DNA of 35,934 nucleotides from Craspedostauros australis. Its lineage: Eukaryota. A model generated the notes under the pieces. The model searched no databases. It saw only the letters and a list, made by a program, of their open reading frames with translations, and had not been told where the DNA came from. Position 1 is the first letter of the stretch; every line of letters starts with the position of its first letter. The stretch lies in the NCBI GenBank assembly GCA_030167865.1, contig JALAGF010002914.1:1-35934 (forward strand), in the 5' to 3' direction. A program made the translations under genes and the position numbers. This document shows positions 32,822 to 35,934 of the stretch, one piece after another.

Positions 32822-33195
32822 CGAATCAACTCAATTGGCAATCCTCTTCGAGTAGAGTGCACACGTACTCGTATGCAGAATGCGCACAGCTCAACGAGGG
32901 CAAGGTATGGTATGACATGCCATGACATGTCGGATGATGCGATGGGCAATCAGCAGCCGAAGCAGCGCGCACTGTGGGACCTCACAGAGTGATTTGTTGG
33001 TCACGTGGGTCATTGCGACGCAGCGAAGGAAAACGTTGGCGCCAAAAGGGTGGGTTATCCACGACTGAGAAACACAACAATCACGTCCACGGTGAACGCT
33101 GCGACGAAGTGCTCTCGCAGAGTGTTGTGCCAGAGCCCCACAGCCAGCATTGTGCCGTAGAGCGTGGCGTCAATCATTTCCTTCCCAGCGGCACC

Positions 33196-34446
33196 ATGCA
33201 GATAACGCGGAACGCATTGAGGCGGCATGTCACGCATTACAACATCCGGGTGGTGGCGGCCGTGGGCACCGTGTGCATACTCTGCTCTTTGGTGGTGCTC
33301 GTGAGACTGTCATCGCGGTTGGAGCCTTCCAAGATTCAGGTCGTTGGCAGCGTCGCGCCACCCTTGCCCAACTCCAAGTCGAGATACAGCGCCTCCGGTC
33401 ACATCAACCATCGCAATGTCCGGTTGCGTCCCGTTGTGTCGGAACAGGCACAGACGGAGTCACAACCACAGCGATACCTGCCGACGACGTATCGATTCGC
33501 CGTGAATTATCCATTGCCGGTGCGGTTGCCCATTGTGGTGGTCGGGATGCCAAAGGCAGGCACGTCCTCCATCTTTGGCTTCCTTGCATGGAACGGGATC
33601 ATCTCGCAGCACTGGTACTGCTGCAGTCAACAGTACTCCACGAAGGAACAGAAGCAGATCGATTTCAAGCCTGAGGGCGCGCAGCCCAAGCATAAATCAT
33701 TCCGGCTCATGTCAGAGTGCATGCTCTCCTATTTGTCGTCTCAGCGAGGACAGGAGGATGGAACGAGAAGTGCGGCGCAGGATCACAAGCGAGATCGCAA
33801 CGCTCATGCCGGCGATGATGACGATGACAACCACCAACTGCACTCAACACATCACAAATCCATCTTTGAGTATTGCGGCAACTACGACGCCTTCACGGAA
33901 ATGAACGGACCGCGGCCATACATCGAAGACCCGAAGACGCACCGGCACGGCACGCAATTGGATGACGGCACCATCGACACGCAGTCTCCTGTGCAACGGT
34001 TGTTTTTGCCGCAGCATTTCCAGCTGGAGGAACTACACCGGCAGTCGCCCGACAGCATGTGGATCCTTAACACACGCCCCGTCAATCAATGGATTCATTC
34101 GATCCTGAAATGGGATGGCGGACAATACTCTCTGGCCAAACAGATCATGAACGAGTTTGCGGTGCAGTATCCGGATCGATATCCAATCGTTGCTGGTGGT
34201 CACGTTGATGCCGACGATGAGCCGAACCTTGAGCAGTGGAAGGGTATACTGAAACGCATTTACGAACATCACAACGAGCATGTTCGGAGCTTTGTTCAGC
34301 AGCACAATCGCCAGCATGCTTTTTTGGAGATCGACATCACGTCATCGAATGCGGGCGAAATCTTATCCAACACATTTGGATTGTCGTCGGAGTATTGGCA
34401 TCAACTGAATCCCACAGATCGCTCGAAGTACGTTGTGCAACAATAG
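33196..34446 (+). CDS. Sulfotransferase-like P-loop-fold protein with type II membrane anchor
   Basis: Likely ATG at 33196; TM VVAAVGTVCILCSLVVLV. IVVVGMPKAGTSSI is a 5'-PSB-like loop, WILNTRPVNQWIHSI is 3'-PB-like, and Y..HN..VR.FV...H.FLEIDI is typical of the diatom-expanded family. Confidence 0.8.
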   Translation: MQITRNALRRHVTHYNIRVVAAVGTVCILCSLVVLVRLSSRLEPSKIQVVGSVAPPLPNSKSRYSASGHINHRNVRLRPVVSEQAQTESQPQRYLPTTYRFAVNYPLPVRLPIVVVGMPKAGTSSIFGFLAWNGIISQHWYCCSQQYSTKEQKQIDFKPEGAQPKHKSFRLMSECMLSYLSSQRGQEDGTRSAAQDHKRDRNAHAGDDDDDNHQLHSTHHKSIFEYCGNYDAFTEMNGPRPYIEDPKTHRHGTQLDDGTIDTQSPVQRLFLPQHFQLEELHRQSPDSMWILNTRPVNQWIHSILKWDGGQYSLAKQIMNEFAVQYPDRYPIVAGGHVDADDEPNLEQWKGILKRIYEHHNEHVRSFVQQHNRQHAFLEIDITSSNAGEILSNTFGLSSEYWHQLNPTDRSKYVVQQ

Positions 34447-35934
34447 CAAATGCGTTACGATAGCGACAGGGTGTTGCACTACCACGTTTTAGAGAGATGA
34501 CCATGTCTGTGTTTTGAATCTGCTGGAATGTCGCGACGCAGGACAGAGAGACCTCTTCCTTCCTCGGTTGCTTCTCCGCATGATCAAAAGCAAACGGGTC
34601 ACTCACAAAGGTCATCAGCTGAGATGCGGTTTGGCACAAGGAGCAAGCAACCAAGCATTCTGTGTCTTTGCTCATCTCGACTCGTACGCTACGGCGGTGA
34701 ACCAACACTCCGCCCTTCGTGTCTTGGCGGAGATGTTGGTCTTGTCGGAGAGGAGTATCAACACATGGTGCTGCGTTGTGTTGCGTAGCTTGACACGAGT
34801 ATTGAGAGGTTCCAGAACAAGTGCCCGGAAGCATGTGCATTGCCTTGCGCAAGCGACCAAACACATGATCCACCGATTCGTGTTGCACCAAGCTCCACCA
34901 CCATAGGGAGAAGCCGCCCATTACGGGCACGATCGCAGGGTTTAATAGAATGAAATAGACCAGTCATCCAAGGATTCACCACCCAAGATCGCCGTCGCCG
35001 TCGCCAGCTTCTCTTCCCTTCTCCATTTTATTGGACATATCTATGTGCAGTGGTCCACAAGTGGTCTCCTCCTTTGACGAAGAGGCAAGATCAAGATGAG
35101 TGCTGATGACCGAGAGTCATTCTAAGGCTGCATCATCTATGGCCGACGACGCGATCATTTCCAGTCCTCTTGTGCCATACTGCACTTGCATATAATATTT
35201 ATCATACTCCATACCGCGTGAATGTTGATCCGCAAAGAGCAAGCACAACACTCCAGCTGCTCCATCTACGGACAGAGAGAATGTACGCATGATGCTGTTT
35301 GGTCTTGTATCTCCTCTTCTCGGACTGTGCAATACTCCTGTCCCTTTTGGTGGTCTTCATTTTTTGCGAAACGCATTCGGTGGTTTGTCAACAATTCCTT
35401 GTTGTGACCGATCGAGATTCAGGGCGCTTCGGGGGTTAAGACCCGCCTGAGTGAAAATAGTACACCTTTCTCGGGAAGTCCTCTCAGATTTCCCTATAAA
35501 TTTAATATGATGTTCCTCTGTATGAGAAAGTGACGGATTGACTTTCCTAGAATTGCTACACTTTATATTTTATAAGTTATGAGGGCTTGAGTTGAGAAAT
35601 TCCCCACAGTAGCCCGTGCTTTAGGTTTTTAGCTTTCGATCGGACATGGATGCGACTCGTCATTGTCTTCAAGTTGGACGTCGGCGAGCGGCGAAAATGT
35701 CCTTTTTTCCTCTCTGAGACGGACTCACAGCAAGGCACTCGAAGCTGAACTCAGACGTGTCTACAGTCGTGCGAACGGATCAACATTTCGGCTGTTTTTG
35801 GCCCCAATTGATTGCACGCAGTTTCTCGCAGTGGACTTGGAACAGGTGTGGAGGAGAAAAACTGCATCAGAATGCGATGGTACGTACGTGCACTGCGCTG
35901 TACGTACGACATTAGGATGGGATGAAGGTGCAGA

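Noticed and set aside
22144-34446. Bacterial origin or operon (ProP-like MFS, MscS, FkbM)
   Set aside because: Spliceosomal introns, targeting peptides and mixed orientations indicate native eukaryotic genes; these families are common in diatoms.
1-35934. CRISPR array, rRNA or tRNA genes
   Set aside because: No regularly spaced repeat-spacer structure or recognisable structural RNA motifs were seen.

Overview
Eukaryotic nuclear DNA, almost certainly from a diatom and probably a pennate. The evidence is GT-AG introns, bipartite plastid-targeting presequences, a DUF6824 protein and RXL-motif secretory proteins. About 16 protein-coding genes can be supported, seven of them spliced and so only partly captured by the ORF track. 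From left to right: DUF6824 protein, mitochondrial carrier head-to-head with Tim9, SANT/Myb-like protein, two small disordered proteins, UT/SLC14-type urea-channel homologue with an altered pore, two SAP-like proteins, MHS-type MFS transporter, plastid Rieske-fold protein with four Cys ligands, a third SAP-like protein, MscS channel, plastid DUF2470+DUF1995 protein, and a divergent FkbM methyltransferase / sulfotransferase-like pair. The most striking feature is a cluster of three paralogous single-pass membrane proteins within about 10 kb (17.5-27.2 kb). Each has a signal peptide, an RXL motif, a Gly/Ser-rich luminal region, one TM helix and a cytosolic H-x-L-x-G-A-(L/V)-N-x-R motif, resembling the silicalemma-associated proteins (SAPs) of diatom silica deposition. 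Two of the three are only recognisable after manual splicing. The two neighbouring transporters both carry acidic dileucine sorting motifs. No RNA genes, CRISPR arrays or recognisable transposases were found.
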